Positions 62,942 through 64,000 of a stretch of 64,000 nt of DNA are shown one piece after another. The translations under genes were made by a program, and so were the position numbers. Under the pieces are notes generated by a model. That model was not told the origin of the DNA. It worked only from the letters and a program-made list of their open reading frames with translations, and ran no database searches. Positions within the stretch are counted from its first letter, which is position 1. Each line of letters starts with the position of its first letter. Origin of the DNA: Tubulanus polymorphus (taxonomy: Eukaryota > Animalia > Nemertea); the NCBI RefSeq assembly GCF_964204645.1, contig NC_134034.1, positions 6,174,914-6,238,913 on the forward strand. The letters run 5' to 3'.

Positions 62942-63165
62942 ACTTCTGACACCAGCGATTTCATGCCCAGCAATCGACAATTGGACGATTATCATGGATT
63001 ATATCAGAGCTTTTTATTCAACATGACTGTACACAATGGCTGCAGTACCGGAAGAGGCTGCAGAACTAGAGAACATGTATCAGGCTACAATAGCCATGAG
63101 ATAACGGGGTACGTATCCTAATACATAATACATAATAGTACATGTTTACTCATAATATTACAACA
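62942..63165 (-). mobile_element. Gypsy 5' LTR (~210 bp) and tRNA-Leu primer-binding site
   Basis: On the minus strand the LTR starts TGTTGTAAT at 63165 and contains AATAAA. It is followed by TGGTGTCAGAAGT (62954-62942), complementary to a tRNA-Leu 3' end. The LTR terminal CA is not intact. Confidence 0.75.
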
Positions 63166-63756
63166 TGGTTTCCAGAGTAAAGGCTCTTTGACTGTGCTAC
63201 TGAGCATATATTCATACAAATCATTCATTAGAGCATTATCCATTCCCCTAACCCTATGAAGCTGAATTTTGAAAATGGGCCTTATTAAAATTTATTTGAG
63301 CTTTTTCGCGAATATCTGATCGCAAAAATATCTGTTTTAAAATGCCAATCAGAGAGCAAAGACTCTGTGATTAGCCGCAAAGACCAGCAGGTGTTCACGT
63401 GAACCCATGCTATCGTCTACCGTTTTACATCCATGTTTTATTTTAAGATCTAAAATTGTATTTCATTATCGATTTCTGTGAAATCTTTAGTTGATTTGGT
63501 TTTTGGGAGGAATATTTTTATTTGCACTACAGAAAATATCATTGGCAATTGTGCATAGTCCGGGAAAAATAGCTTTTTCTCAAATTGGATGGATGACCTT
63601 GATATGCTAATAAGCCATGTGCTCAAACTGCAAATTCAATTAAACTTTATTCTGCAAAACATATCAAATCCAATTCAATTTTACTTTATTGAACACAGTA
63701 AATCAGCAAATCTAATTCAATTGTGTTTTATGGAGCAAATTTCCCTAATCAAAATA

Positions 63757-63970
63757 AAGTGCACTTTAAGTGCACGTTAGAAGTGCACTGAATTGAAACA
63801 AAGTGCACTTTCCCCTAAAGTGCACTTTAAAAGTTCTATTCTTAAGTGCACTCAAAAAGTACACTCATACTGAACTGAATTGGAACAAAGTGCACTTCTT
63901 TTAAAGCACACTTTAAGTTCACTTTTAGTGTAATGAACTCAATAAGTGTACTTTCTGAGTGCACTTCTCT
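63757..63970. repeat. AAGTGCACTT motif array (transposon subterminal-type repeat)
   Basis: Roughly ten copies of AAGTGCAC(T) variants. Confidence 0.75.
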
Positions 63971-64000
63971 GCACGGAAAAAATCCTGAAAACCTTAAAAA

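Overview
AT-rich, repeat-dense eukaryotic DNA from an animal, probably a marine invertebrate; the species cannot be determined from the sequence. It holds two divergently transcribed spliced genes. The first is a complete 4-exon DCAKD (minus strand, 22231->16297, 232 aa). The second is the first six coding exons of MINDY4/FAM188B (plus strand, 35189->58483), whose catalytic exons lie beyond the window. Nearly all other listed ORFs are spurious or transposon remnants. The rest is a mosaic of mobile DNA: Helentron-type non-autonomous elements, IS3EU-, hAT-, piggyBac-, Tc1/mariner- and Harbinger-type MITEs, L2 and RTE-X-like LINE pieces, a Gypsy LTR/PBS/gag fragment, and a large decayed TIR element with a terminal tandem duplication. 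Four observations stand out. (1) The Helentron-type family carries 3-6 tandem ~154-bp units, each with a near-perfect CTCF consensus, plus YY1 motifs, making it a candidate mobile insulator cassette. (2) Several minimal type-I hammerhead ribozymes are present. (3) TAGGCCTA palindromes cluster around the MINDY4 5' end, and comparison of repeat copies shows some arose as small insertions at TA, like transposon excision footprints. (4) A TIR-less element has 5-bp terminal direct repeats and a subterminal hairpin (Crypton/Replitron-like). All coordinates were read by eye; no searches were run.
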